A stretch of DNA of 64,000 nucleotides from Fidelibacterota bacterium (GTDB taxonomy: Bacteria > Fidelibacterota > Fidelibacteria > Fidelibacterales > Fidelibacteraceae): assembly GCA_034520235.1 (NCBI GenBank), contig JAXHNS010000002.1:144045-208044 (forward strand), in the 5' to 3' direction. This document shows positions 51,791 to 64,000 of the stretch, in pieces. The first letter of the stretch is position 1; each line of letters begins with the position of its first letter. The position numbers were made by a program, and so were the translations under genes. Below the pieces are notes generated by a model. The model was not told the DNA's origin, made no database searches, and saw nothing but the letters and a program-made list of their open reading frames with translations.

Positions 51791-53003
51791 AGGTATTCCT
51801 TACTTCTGAAGCCAGTGCCGGGATCAAGTTTTTCCTGCTCTTTCCACAATTCAAAATGCAGGAGCGGTTTCCCCGTCGCACTGTCATTGCCTGCTATGGC
51901 AAGTTGCTGGCCGCTGTCCACATACTCATCCTCCACCACGCGGATATCCTCCACATGGGAATATACGGTATAGTAACTGTTATCATGAATGACAATGATC
52001 GTATTGCCGAACCCTCTCAGCCAGGTGACCGTGACCACCATGCCGTCGCTGACGGCACGTACGGCCGCACTGCCGGCGGTCTCAATATCGATCCCGGAAT
52101 TTTCCGTGATCGTACCCAGGACCGGATGGCGCTGCGTTCCGAAACTGGCGGTGATCCTGCCGCGTGCCGGCCAGGGCAGTTTCCCTTTTTATCCGCGAAG
52201 GGACGTTCCGAGATCTCCCGTTTTTTACGTTCCGCTTCCAAGCGCGCAAGGTAGTCTTTTTTATCCTCCTGGGTCTTCTGAATGATATTCTGGATCTCTT
52301 TTTTCGATCTTTCCTTTTCCTCTATCTGTTCGGCCAGCAACTCCTTATCCGAATGGATCTTGTCATACTGCTTTTTCTGCGCTTTTTTCAGTGTCTCGAG
52401 GGCTTCCTGTTCCTGCTCAAGTTCCCGGACATTTTTCCCGATGGCGGCCGCCTCCGCTTCGATCTGCCGGCGGCGCCTGGCAATAAAGGCGATATTCTCC
52501 CGGATATTGTGATAGAGGTCCCTGTCCGCCCGATTGATGGCGCTGATATATTTCACCCGGTAATAAAATTCACGGGGGGAAGCCGCATCGACAAATAAGT
52601 CCCATTGCCTTGCCGGGCGAAGCTTGTATGCCCGCTGAACGCGTTTTTCATACCGTTCCAGCAATTCCTCGCCGTTCGCCTGCGCCCGCTGATGATCCCG
52701 TTTCAGCCGCGCCTGTTTTTCCCTCCGCAATGCCAGTTCGCGCTGCTGCACGCGTATCTTGTCTGAAGTCAGCGATATCTGCCGCTCCGTATTGTCCAGT
52801 TCCGAGATCAGTCCCTTTTCCTGCTGCTGATATTTTTTTACTTCGGATCTCAGCCCGGAGATCTGACGGTCGAGTTCCTTCAGCCGCTCGGTGCTCTTCT
52901 GTATTTTCCTTTCGTATTCTTCCAGTGAATCCGCCATTCCTGCGGAAAACAACAGGCACAAAAAGAAAAAAAGCATGCCGCATGTGCGTTTGATATTCAT
53001 CAT
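51769..53003 (-). CDS. EnvC-like coiled-coil M23 peptidase, one frame break near 52185
   Basis: It has a signal peptide and then a long coiled coil (52017-53003). The LytM part follows in the next frame: GKLPWPARGRITASFG...GIDIETAGSAAVRAVSDGMVVTVTWLRGFGNTIIVIHDNSYYTVYSHV...LHFELW. Confidence 0.8.
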
Positions 53004-53074
53004 TGTAAAATAACGTATAAACCGCGGGAATAAAATAATTTTACTTCTTTTCCCGTGAAATCTTTTGCGGCGGC

Positions 53075-53106
53075 AAAAAAAAAGGACCCCGCCGGGCGGG
53101 GTCCTT
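53075..53106 (-). terminator. intrinsic terminator of groEL
   Basis: The minus strand reads AAGGACCCCG-cccgg-CGGGGTCCTT followed by T9, 29 nt past the stop. Confidence 0.7.
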
Positions 53107-53134
53107 CCAATCTATGAGATGCAGAGGCGCCGCA

Positions 53135-54841
<1,707 letters not shown>

Positions 54842-54956
54842 CTAATTTTTTAACAGCACTAAATTTATAAAAACCTCAGTTACTTATCAAGACAAATACA
54901 ACATTTTTACGTTGAAAATGTTCCGCGGATAGAAAAATAATTAAACCCATTGATGT

Positions 54957-55556
54957 TCACCGGGACGGATGCCCGTCATCTCCGTACACATCCCTTGCTT
55001 CGGGCGCTTCGAAACAATGGCGGCAACGGGCTTCATATATCTCCCCTGCTCCCACTACAACCCGTTCCTTGGAGGTGCTTATCCGCTGCGTATAATTGGC
55101 CGGAGCGCCGCAGCGCATGCAGATGGCATGCATTTTGGTGATATCCTCGGCGATCGCAAGCAGATACGGCATGGGCTCAAAGGGAATGCCCCGGTAATCC
55201 ATGTCCAGGCCCGCAATAATAACCCGTTTTCCGCAGTCGGCCAGGTCCTGTACCATGTCGATGAGGCGGTTGTCAAAGAACTGTGCTTCATCAATGCCGA
55301 TCACCTGGGAAAAGACCGCATGCTGAAGGATTTCCTCGGCGTCCCGGATTACAATACTGTGGATCTCCTGTTTGCTGTGGCTTACGATCTTTTCCTTGTG
55401 AAAGCGGTTGTCAATTTTCGGCTTAAACACCACCACCTTCTGTTTCGCGATCTGCGAACGGCGGAGCCGCCGTATCAGTTCTTCGGTCTTCCCGCTGAAC
55501 ATGCTGCCGCAGATCACTTCGATTCGGCCGTTCTGGGGACGCCATCCTGTTTCCAT
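54957..55556 (-). CDS. tdk: thymidine kinase
   Basis: 199 aa with [26 protein letters not shown], and zinc-ribbon cysteines CMRCGAPA...CRHC. Confidence 0.9.
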   Translation of the reverse strand: METGWRPQNGRIEVICGSMFSGKTEELIRRLRRSQIAKQKVVVFKPKIDNRFHKEKIVSHSKQEIHSIVIRDAEEILQHAVFSQVIGIDEAQFFDNRLIDMVQDLADCGKRVIIAGLDMDYRGIPFEPMPYLLAIAEDITKMHAICMRCGAPANYTQRISTSKERVVVGAGEIYEARCRHCFEAPEARDVYGDDGHPSR

Positions 55557-55568
55557 AACACTACTTCC

Positions 55569-56192
55569 TTAATGCTTTATAAGTGATGAGATCTTTGTCC
55601 GAAGAAGATCAACCGCCACCTTGTTCTTTCCTCCCTCGGGGATGATGACGTCGGCGTAACGCTTCGAGGGCTCCACGAAGATCTCGTGCATGGGGCGCAC
55701 GGTCTTCATATACTGGTTGATAACATTGTCGATCGCGCGGCCCCTTTCATAAATATCGCGCTTAACACGGCGGATAAAACGGATATCCGCGGGGGTGTCA
55801 ACAAAGAGCTTGATATCCAGCAGATCGCGCAGCACCGGTTCGTAGAGGACCAGGATGCCTTCGACGATCACGACTTTCTGCGGCTTGACGGTCAGCGTCT
55901 CTTTTGCGCGCGAATGGGTAATGTAATTGTACTGCGGGACCTTTACCGTCCGGCCGTCGGACATGGCCTTCAGATCCCTTATCAGAAGGTCAAATTCCAT
56001 CGAGTCGGGATGGTCAAAATTCCATTTCAGGCGTTCATCCTGCTGAAGATGCGAAAGGTCCTTGTAATACCAGTCCTGCTCGATGATCACGGCACCGTTC
56101 AGATGCAGGTCCTTGACCAGCGCCTTTGCCACCGAGGTCTTTCCGGACCCTGTACCTCCCGCGATACCGATAATAATGTTCTTGCCCAACAT
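55569..56192 (-). CDS. udk: uridine kinase
   Basis: 207 aa with IGIAGGTGSGKTSVA, FDHPDSMEFDLL, VIVEGILVLY, the DIRFIRRVKRDIYERGR motif. Confidence 0.9.
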   Translation of the reverse strand: MLGKNIIIGIAGGTGSGKTSVAKALVKDLHLNGAVIIEQDWYYKDLSHLQQDERLKWNFDHPDSMEFDLLIRDLKAMSDGRTVKVPQYNYITHSRAKETLTVKPQKVVIVEGILVLYEPVLRDLLDIKLFVDTPADIRFIRRVKRDIYERGRAIDNVINQYMKTVRPMHEIFVEPSKRYADVIIPEGGKNKVAVDLLRTKISSLIKH

Positions 56193-56195
56193 CCG

Positions 56196-56598
56196 TTAAC
56201 CCAGGTCCTTGTCGCCGAATGCTTCCGGCAAAAGCGCGGCGGTGCTTGTGATCTCGCGTATATTCCCGTTTTCATCCCCAAGGATGATATCAATATTCCC
56301 GCAGACATCATGAATGACCTGACGGCAGGCGCCGCACGGCGTCAGCGGCTCCCCTGCTTGAGATCGCCAGTGCGAGGAATTTGCGTTTGCCTTTTGCCAG
56401 GGCCGAGGCAATCGCATTGCGTTCCGCACATACGGACAAACCGTAGCTGCTGCTCTCCACATTCACGCCGCCGCTGATCCCGCCGTCATCCGACAGGAGG
56501 GAAGCCCCTACGCGGAACGACGAATAGGGTGCGTATGCCTTTTTGCGTATCTCACTGGCCGCCGATGCCAGTTTCTGCCGTTCATTTTTGTTGATCAT
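56196..56598 (-). CDS. cdd: cytidine deaminase, one frame break near 56330
   Basis: AYAPYSSFRVGASLL...CAERNAIASA is in ORF 56308-56598. PCGACRQVIHDV is in ORF 56196-56462. Confidence 0.85.
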
Positions 56599-58460
56599 GA
56601 TTCACCTGCCGGATCTTTTTCACGTAAATACTCCCGAACGGATTCGTAATACATGCTCTCCTGATAAGATAGCAAATATTTTTCATATATTTCAACGGCC
56701 TTTTTCAATTTATGGGTTTTTTCCAGAAACTCCGCATAGCGGAGCATGAAGAAATCGCCCGCTTCCGAATCGAGCAGCGTCTCGGAATAGGCCTTCCAGA
56801 ATGCTTCTTCGCGTGTTTCCTCATCCAGAAGGCGAAGACAGTCAAGATAGCGCATGCCGTACAGGGCTTTTGCTGGAGATCTTTTCCGCAGCAGGGAATG
56901 GAAACGTTCCGCGGCTTCGGAAATATGATTTTTCGCCAGCATGCGTTCAGCCTGCAGCCAATCATCCCGGTTCAGGCTGTCTTTCAGTCCTTCGGAAACA
57001 AAACCCGCAAAGCCCAGCACGTCATTGTAGAGCACATCCCCTTCCGGAAGCAGGGCCGTCACTTCTCCGATACGTGCTTTCAGGGAATCCGTTTCATCCG
57101 CCATGAACGAAACGTACAGGGCTTGCGGAAGAAGGCGGTCTTCTTCATGGACCATCAGCCGGTATTCACTCCCGGCATTCCGTATAAAATCCAGAGCTTT
57201 GCGGTATTCGCCTTGGGCAATAAGAAGGTCTGAGATCCTTGAAAGGACAGTTATGCGCAGTTGGCCGGTAGCCTGCGGCGCCAGGGATCTGTATGCCTTC
57301 AGGGCGCCGTCGAAATCATGATAGACAAGATAGAGGATCTCCGCACGGCGAAAGGCGGCAACTTGCGAGACGGGGCGCGCAACGGTGGACAGTGAGTCGT
57401 ACACCGCGAGCGCCATTTCGATCTCTGCGGTATATTCCGGGTCATAGGACCGGAAACGGATCTCCGTCAGCTCCGATGCATACGGCATGGGAATAAAGGT
57501 ACCCGTCTTTTCATGCATGTAGAAGAGCTGTTCGCGCGACTGCGCCGACAAAAGTTTCATTCCGGCTTTTTCAAGCGGATCCGGGGCATGCTTTTCCCGC
57601 CATTCCGCGGCAGCGAGCGCCATTCCATATTCCTGCCTGTTGAACATGCGCCGTGCAAATTCGCCCATCGCTTCCCTCAATTCCGGCACGCCTTCTCCCG
57701 TTTTCAGGATTGCATAAGCCTTGTCATATGCTTCCGTGTGGGTATACATTTCCGAAAGGAATATCTTCACGTCCGGATCTTCATTGTCGCTGATCTTTCC
57801 GCCGATAAGGTCGTACAGCGAAGCGTCCGGCGGCTGCCGGAACAGGGCCTGGCGTACGTAACGGAGATCTTCCGGCTGCGTTTCAACAATATGCTGGACC
57901 TCACCGGCCGCATGCTCCCAGTCCCGGTACTGCACGCAAATATTGAAGAGATACCTTACAAGCAGGTTTTCAATGCCGGTAATGCTCCGGAGCTCCTGCA
58001 CCACGGAATATAACTGTGCACCGAGTCCGTATTCGAGCACATCCCGGTAAACGTAAGCGGCATAATTCCTGCGGGTCCTGACGTGCTTTCCGGCAAAGAC
58101 GGAGCGCCAGGCATCCTCTGCTTTTTTGCCCTGCCCTTCGGCAAAATATAGCAGGCCCAGTTCGAGCCGGAAGTGATCGTCCGAGGGCCGGCTTCCGGTC
58201 CTGGCTTCCAGCAACGGAATGATATCACGGAATTTACGTTGCCGGACAAGGAGCTTTTTATAGCGGGAGAAATAGTTAAAATTGTTGGGCTGGAAAGGTG
58301 AAGTTCCCAGTTACAGGGGTTCCGCCTTCTGATATTCCCCGTTCTTTTCATGTTCGTAGGCTTTCAGATATTTTTCCCTTTCCGTCAGCGGTTCTGCGGA
58401 CCACAGCACGACGGAAACCATCAGAAGGAAGGCACAACTTAGCCTTAGAGATAATCTCAT
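56595..58460 (-). CDS. secreted TPR-like repeat protein, one frame break near 58300
   Basis: ATG 58460 gives MRLSLRLSCAFLLMVSVVLWSAEPLTEREKYLKAYEHEKNGEYQKAE. It continues in ORF 56595-58214, an alpha-helical repeat sequence. The start overlaps the upstream stop as ATGA. Confidence 0.5.
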
Positions 58461-61400
58461 TCTCCTGTCCTCCTCATGTTGAGCTCACGTTCTTTTCCCA
58501 ACAGGGATTCAAGGTATGCCTCCATGTCCCGCTTATTCTGCGGAGACAGGGCGCTTTCCCGGACGGCGCGGCGAAGTGCGTTGATCAGGGATTCACGCTC
58601 CCCAAAGTCAGCGGGCAGCCCGGGCGGGGACTCGCGTTCGATCTCCTTTGCGGTTTCCGACTGCCGTTCTTTTTTATGATCCCGCGTTGTCGCCGAGCGT
58701 GGCGTCCAGCAAGCGCTGTACGATCTTCCTGCCGCAAATGGTCTCGCGGCGCACCTGATGCTTGCGCATTTCATTGATCACATTTTCCATATCCTTTGCG
58801 ATCCTGTCAAGATCACCCGTAACGCGTTTCTCTCCGCCGCGCTCCGATATCCCCTGCCGAATCTCTTTGAGGGCGCGCCGCAGAGCCTGCTGCCTGGCCG
58901 CCAGCTCGGCCAGCCGGTCCATCATGCTGTCACCGCCGGCACCCGGCTGCGGCATGGACCGGTTGAGTTGCTGCTGCTGTCCCGCCATCTGCTGCAGCTG
59001 CTGCAATCAGGATTCCATGCCGGAACCGCTGCCCTGTTCCTGCTGCGCATTTTCCATACGTTCCATCAGCATGCGCGCAAGCCGGTTCATTGCCGAAAAT
59101 GCTTTGTTGATCTCGTTTTTCCCGCGGGGAATATCCGCCTCCTCCACATGCTGTATGCCGCTTTTCAGGTTGCCGATCACCCGGCCCAATTCCATTCCCA
59201 GGGCCTTATCCACAAAAAAGGTCTTCATCGAAAGCGCCATAAGGTGAGCATTGATGTCGAGCGCGGATTCCAGGATCTTTCCCTGCCGGCTGGTAAATTC
59301 GTGCAGAAGCGGGGAATTCCGGTCAATATCCTCTGAAAAGCGGTTCAGCGCTTCCTGCCGTACGGACATATAGAGCGCCTTCTGGAACGCCGAACGGAAG
59401 GATGCACTGACGGCTTCCCGGCGCCCCTGCATCATGGAAGAAGCCATGTCCGAAAAGGACTGCGAAAGATCCCGGAGTTCATCTCCGGCCTCCCTGCTTT
59501 TCTGCATCCCCCGGGAGCGCTGTTGCTCCCGGTACGCTTCCGCGGCCCTGCGCATATCCGAGGAGACGGCCGCACGTCCCGCCCTGCGCAAAAATTCGTC
59601 GAATCTTTCCTTATCCTCCGCATCGAAGAGGGCGGAGGATTCCTCGCCGAGCTTTTCCCAGTCTTCCGCTTCTCTGCCGATCTTCTCCTGCTGTTCGGCA
59701 GAGGCTCTCCGCACTTTGCTCCCGTGCACTTTCCAGTAGCTGTTCCTGCTGCCGGAGGTTCCCTTTCATGCGTTCTGCCAGTTCCTCCAGACGCTGTTCC
59801 TGCTGAATCCGTTTGAAAACCTGCAGCATGCGGTCAAGACTTTTTCAAAGGCTTTCGCCTTTTCCGAAAAATCTTCCATCAGCTCCTCCATGCCCGAACG
59901 GTCATCATTCTCAAATTTCTTCCGCATTTCCTGCATCAGTTCGAACAATTCATCGTCGATCAGTTCGTTCATCAGTTCCTGCAGCTGTCCGAAATCTTCC
60001 ATGACCTTCTCGCTGAAAAGTGGATTTCTTCGATGAAACGCTTCTGTGCCTCCATCGACTCCCGGATCATCCTTCAATTTTTCCCGGCTTTTTTCCAGGC
60101 GGTCGGCACTTTCTTCCAGTGCGGTCTTCTTTTCCCAGTCAGCTCCCTTCCTGCAGCAGCTCCCGCCGGATCGTTTCGATTTCCTCCGCAAGCTCCGCAC
60201 TTTCGGCGGATTCCTCCTCAAGGGCTTCCATACTGCTCCGCTGCTTGCGGTCCTGCTTTTCATACAGGTCCCCCAGCGTCGGGAAACGGGCGTAATAATT
60301 CCGTGAACTAACGGTCTTGGGACCGCTGACCGTATCGTTGTCGGCAAGTTCGAAGCGATAGACGATCTCCGACCCCGGTGAGATGAACTCCTTTATCTCC
60401 CAGGTATCCACCACGGTCCGGGTCCCCGGAGCTTTCCCGACGGGGATCTCGCAGGTGTTCTCCGCCGTGTCCGCCTCCCGCCCATAGGCGGAACGTACGG
60501 AATACCTGACATTCAGGGAGGAAAACCCATAGTCATCCCGGATACGGACCATCAGCGGAAGGTCCGGCGCTTCCGTCAGGATCATTGCTTCGCCCGGTTC
60601 CGGACGGATCACGTCGATCCCGGGGTAGGCGTCCTCTTCGAGCTCAACCCTGTAGCGCAGGGGTTCACGGATACGAATTCCCGCGGCGTTGCGGAGGACC
60701 AGCCCGAGCGTTCCGCTTTGCTCCGGGATGAAGGTACTTTTGCAGGTGTCCTCCCTGCACAGCACGTCCAGCGTATCTCCGGAAAAGATAAAAAAAGACG
60801 GTCCCGCCGTTTCGGAGAGTTCCGCCCGGATATTTATCCGTGATCCCCTGATACAGCGGATCCTGTCGATATTTCCCTGGTAGCGGACTTCCGGTATCCG
60901 CGTATAGGCGGGAGCGCTCACGCGGATATCCAGTGCTCTACCTTCGGTCGCCGGAGCACCGTCACCTGACGGTATCCCGGTCGGGGGTACTTCCGGATAA
61001 AGAGATGCGGGCGCCGGAGGACGGCAACGTAGACCGCGGACCTGCGGACAGGATAAAGATCATAGGAATAGAGTGAATCCCGCTCACGGGTAAACTCCAG
61101 CCGCTGCGCTTTCCCGTTTTCCAGGCGGTACAGTTCAACGGGGAAATCCGGAGGTGCGTGCCGCCGGACCGATATCCGGAGGGAATCGTAGGCATACAGG
61201 GTGCTGTCCTCCGGTGTAACGCTAAGGTACTGCGTTAACGGCGGTTCATATGAAGCATGGATGTGCAGGAGCCTTGCGGCGGGATCACGGAGCAAAACCC
61301 CGGAGATCAGAAGCAGTAGCAAAAGCCCCAGGAATATTTTCAGCTTTTTCCCGGCCGGTTCCAGCCTGCAGGCGTCATTAAATTTTTCCGGCGGATGCGC

Positions 61401-61793
61401 TTCAATGAAGTGGCTGACCGCATAAGCACGCAATGTATCGTCTTCCTGCGATAGCTGGTAATGGTTCAGCAGTTTGTCGCGGACCTCCGGATACTGCCTG
61501 CCGATATGCAGCAGCAGCTTGGCATTCGCTTTTTCCGGATGCCGGGAATACCCCTGAAACACGATAAGGACCGCCCGTACCAGAAAGCCGGCATTCAGGA
61601 CCAGGATCCATGCCAGCGCCTCCTTGACGCCGGGAGAAAGGTACCAGACGAATTCGAGCAGCAGGCAGACCAGAACGTACGCCGCATTGACAATAAGGAA
61701 AAGCAGACCCGTATGCTGCAAACGGTCAAGCGCTCTGCGCTTGCGGAATGTGCGGAGGATATGCTGAAAATAGGTGTTACGTTTTTCGCTCAC
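58457..61793 (-). CDS. DUF4175-like large membrane-anchored protein (~1110 aa), at least six frame breaks
   Basis: ORFs 60918-61793 (N-terminal double-TM part), 60139-60921, 59766-60347, 59007-59729, 58674-59006 and 58457-58774 follow one another without gaps. The junction at 60920-60945 reads through as ...ALDIRVSAPAYTRIP in the next frame. The C-terminal half is a Q/E/R-rich coiled coil. The family assignment is from memory. Confidence 0.55.
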
Positions 61794-61808
61794 AAAGGCA
61801 CTTTCCCG

Positions 61809-62486
61809 TTACTGTCTCAGGTGATACATGAAGATATTTGTTCCCATCCGCAAGGCGGCCTCACGGATTTCTTGCGGGTCGTGGTGCACTTCTTCACTCT
61901 CCCATCCGTCTCCCAGGTCAGCCTCGTAGGTATAGAACACCACCAGGCGCCCTTCGTGGAACAAGCCCAGGCCCTGCGGCGCTTTATTGTTGTGTTCATG
62001 GACCTTCGGCAAACCTTCCGGGAACTCAAAGACCTGGTGATAGACGGGATGGTCGAAAGGCAGCTCCACCCATTCCTTGTCCGGAAAGATCTTCTTCATC
62101 TCCCTCCGGAAGGAAGGGTCCATCCCGTAGTTGTCGTCCGCATGCAAGAACCCGCCGTGTTCCAGATAATGCCGGAGGCGCCGGACCTCTTCTTCGTTGA
62201 AAAGCACGTTGCCGTGACCGTTCATGTACAGGTAGCTGTAGCTGAAAAGTTGCGGCGATCCGGGCTCCACCACCGCCTGGCGCTCTGCCATGTCCAGGTC
62301 CGTGTGCCTCTCAATATAGGCCATCAGGTTTTCCAGGGACCCGGGATTGCTGTACCAGTCTCCGCCGCCGCCGTACTTCAGCCTGGCAATGGTCATGGGC
62401 GGTAGCGGCTCCGCCGCGGAATATGAGAACAGGATTCCAAGAAAAACAAGGGCAAGGACGAATAATGTACGTTTCTTTTTTATCAT
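61809..62486 (-). CDS. DUF4159-like secreted protein
   Basis: 225 aa. A signal peptide is followed by IARLKYGGGGDWYSNPGSLENLMAYIERHT...YLYMNGHGNVLFNEEEVRRLRHYLEHGGFLHADDNYG. This matches my memory of the DUF4159 signature. Confidence 0.6.
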   Translation of the reverse strand: MIKKKRTLFVLALVFLGILFSYSAAEPLPPMTIARLKYGGGGDWYSNPGSLENLMAYIERHTDLDMAERQAVVEPGSPQLFSYSYLYMNGHGNVLFNEEEVRRLRHYLEHGGFLHADDNYGMDPSFRREMKKIFPDKEWVELPFDHPVYHQVFEFPEGLPKVHEHNNKAPQGLGLFHEGRLVVFYTYEADLGDGWESEEVHHDPQEIREAALRMGTNIFMYHLRQ

Positions 62487-62848
62487 GGCGAAATATAATG
62501 AATTTTGGCGGACAAGCGAATTGAAAAAGAGGCAAGCTTTATAAGGATTGAGAACCAGGATATAAGAATAAGGTTAAGCAAGCCGAATCGCCGGGACGTC
62601 GCGCCGTCCAGCGGATATTTTTCAACTTCTTACAACCGGTAATTTTCCGAAAAACCTCAAAACAACACACCGGCTTCTTCGCTTTTTAGCTTTCTAGCTT
62701 CTTGGCTTTTTTGCTTACCGAAACATCGCCTTGATGCTCCCCCAGGTCTGCTGGCGGACACCGAGGCTGGAAAGGGATGCCTGCTTTATGTCGGAATATT
62801 TTTTTTATCGTTCGTCGGCACGCACAGACCACATAGCAGAAACTGAAA

Positions 62849-63145
62849 TCACCCGAGGCGGATGCTTTCCCGAAGATGCCGTGGACGGATGGTGTACTCT
62901 TGCGCGCGCTCTCCCAGGGGGGCCTGCCGCAGAATCCGTGTTCCTGAAAACACGTCATCCTCGGAGCGGGAACGGTATATCTCGTAGTATTTGACATCAT
63001 GCTCATCCTTCGCCTGCCACTCGATCCTTATTCCCACGCCCTGCGCAATGGCAGAAACATGGGTAAACCCGTCCCAGGCGGCCAGAGACCCTGCAGCCAG
63101 TAGAAGGACAAATGATATAACAATGTGTATTTTTCGCATGCTCAT
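62849..63145 (-). CDS. small secreted protein, possibly 3'-truncated by a frame break
   Basis: The signal-like N-terminus is MSMRKIHIVISFVLLLAAGSLAA. Then comes GIRIEWQAKDEHDVKYYEIYRSRSEDD (Fn3-like strand pattern). The neighbouring frame stays open to about 62686. Confidence 0.35.
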   Translation of the reverse strand: MSMRKIHIVISFVLLLAAGSLAAWDGFTHVSAIAQGVGIRIEWQAKDEHDVKYYEIYRSRSEDDVFSGTRILRQAPLGERAQEYTIRPRHLRESIRLG

Positions 63146-63212
63146 AAGCTCTGTTTGAAAATATAGGGATATTATTTCCTGAATGACAAGGAAAAAATGA
63201 GATAGCAGCTAT

Positions 63213-63260
63213 GGTTGAGGTTGAGGCTGAGGTTGAGGTTGAGGTTGAGATCAAGGTTAA
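63213..63260 (+). repeat. hexanucleotide microsatellite (GGTTGA)n
   Basis: There are six consecutive GGTTGA units (one is GGCTGA) at 63213-63248, plus two degenerate units (GATCAA, GGTTAA). The array lies about 70 nt upstream of the start of 62849-63145. Confidence 0.8.
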
Positions 63261-63406
63261 GACCGGGCTTGTACCGCATATTCTCCCGGCTGCCACCGGA
63301 AAGTACTTGCGAGAAGCTACACAAAACTGTTACCTATGTGCTGACACATACAACATACACTCTCCTCTCCGAAACTCTCAACTTTAAACTCTCAAACTCT
63401 TTATAT

Positions 63407-64000
63407 TTACGTTCCGCTGCCGGAGAACATGATCACGATGGTGTTCAGGATGATCTTCAGGTCCAGTTTCAGGGACATGTTCTCGATATAGTAGATGTCG
63501 CAGTTGAATTTCTCGATCACCTCTTCCTGGGTCTGCGGATACGGCACGGAGATCTGCGCCCATCCGGTGATGCCGGGCTTGACTTTCATGCGGTGGCGGT
63601 ATAACGGGATCTGTTTTTCCAGCTGCTCCGTGAGCTTGGGCATGTCCGGCCGGGGCCCGATCATGCTCATGTCCCCTTTGAGGACATTGATCAGCTGAGG
63701 TATCTCGTCAAAACGGAAACGCCGGATGAACTTCCCTATCCGGGTCACGCGGTTATCCTTTTTCTTCGTCAGGATGACCTGTCCGTTATCTTCCTGTATA
63801 TCGTGTTTCATGCTGCGAAACTTTATGATCCGGAAAGGTTTACCGTAGAGTCCCAGACGGTCCTGTGTATAAAAGACCGGTCCCCGCGAATCCAGTTTGA
63901 TCAGCAGTGCGAGGAGAAGCCCGAAAGGCAGAAAGAGCAAAAGCCCGATAATGGAAACAAAGATGTCAAACAGGCGCTTGATGAACTTTTCCCAGGGCTG
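63407..64000 (-). CDS. polyprenyl-phosphate sugar-1-phosphate transferase (bacterial sugar transferase family), 5' end beyond the window
   Basis: The frame is open from 64000. Matches are KRLFDIFVSIIGLLL, GPVFYTQDRLGLYGKPFRIIKFRSM, DEIPQLINVLKGDMSMIGPRP, KPGITGWAQI. Confidence 0.85.
   Translation of the reverse strand, partial: QPWEKFIKRLFDIFVSIIGLLLFLPFGLLLALLIKLDSRGPVFYTQDRLGLYGKPFRIIKFRSMKHDIQEDNGQVILTKKKDNRVTRIGKFIRRFRFDEIPQLINVLKGDMSMIGPRPDMPKLTEQLEKQIPLYRHRMKVKPGITGWAQISVPYPQTQEEVIEKFNCDIYYIENMSLKLDLKIILNTIVIMFSGSGT

Overview
This 64-kb window has two visibly different halves that meet at a tRNA-Phe gene (24130-24202, minus strand).

Right half (about 24.1-64 kb): G+C-richer, densely packed housekeeping DNA, mostly on the minus strand. 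It contains:
- rplS-trmD-rimM-KH-rpsP-ffh
- pruA, an Hsp20 gene, efp, gcvH-gcvPA, gmhA, a Xer-type recombinase
- an M50 protease, YitT, LptF/G, a CNNM/CorC protein, two M23 peptidases, a PQQ-type propeller, a TrmH methyltransferase
- ychF, clpX-clpP-tig
- a MurU-like / AmgK-like pair whose kinase carries a RapZ C-terminal domain
- groEL, tdk-udk-cdd, a TPR / DUF4175-like / DUF4159-like block, and a partial sugar transferase

Left half (about 1-24 kb): A+T-richer accessory DNA. It contains:
- a DUF3494 ice-binding-like protein with a detached T9SS sorting domain
- an IS481-family element
- a cyanophycin locus (AstE/AspA-family hydrolase, cyanophycinase, broken cyanophycin synthetase)
- an ArsR regulator
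- a giant CheB-CheR-PAS-kinase-receiver gene split by an IS3-family element
- two integrase-less cargo modules: a triple-module GLUG adhesin and a three-gene envelope operon

The two cargo modules are bracketed by three same-orientation copies of a repeat of about 335 bp. Each copy contains the 3'-terminal 43 nt of tRNA-Phe.

The T9SS sorting domains and the gene content suggest an uncultured diderm of the FCB group. I cannot establish this from the sequence alone.

Caveat: many reading frames are broken, including essential ones (groEL, clpP, clpX, tig). Every break I resolved by hand falls at a homopolymer run, so most are probably assembly indel errors. Pseudogene calls other than the IS insertion are therefore provisional. 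G+C statements are by eye, not computed.
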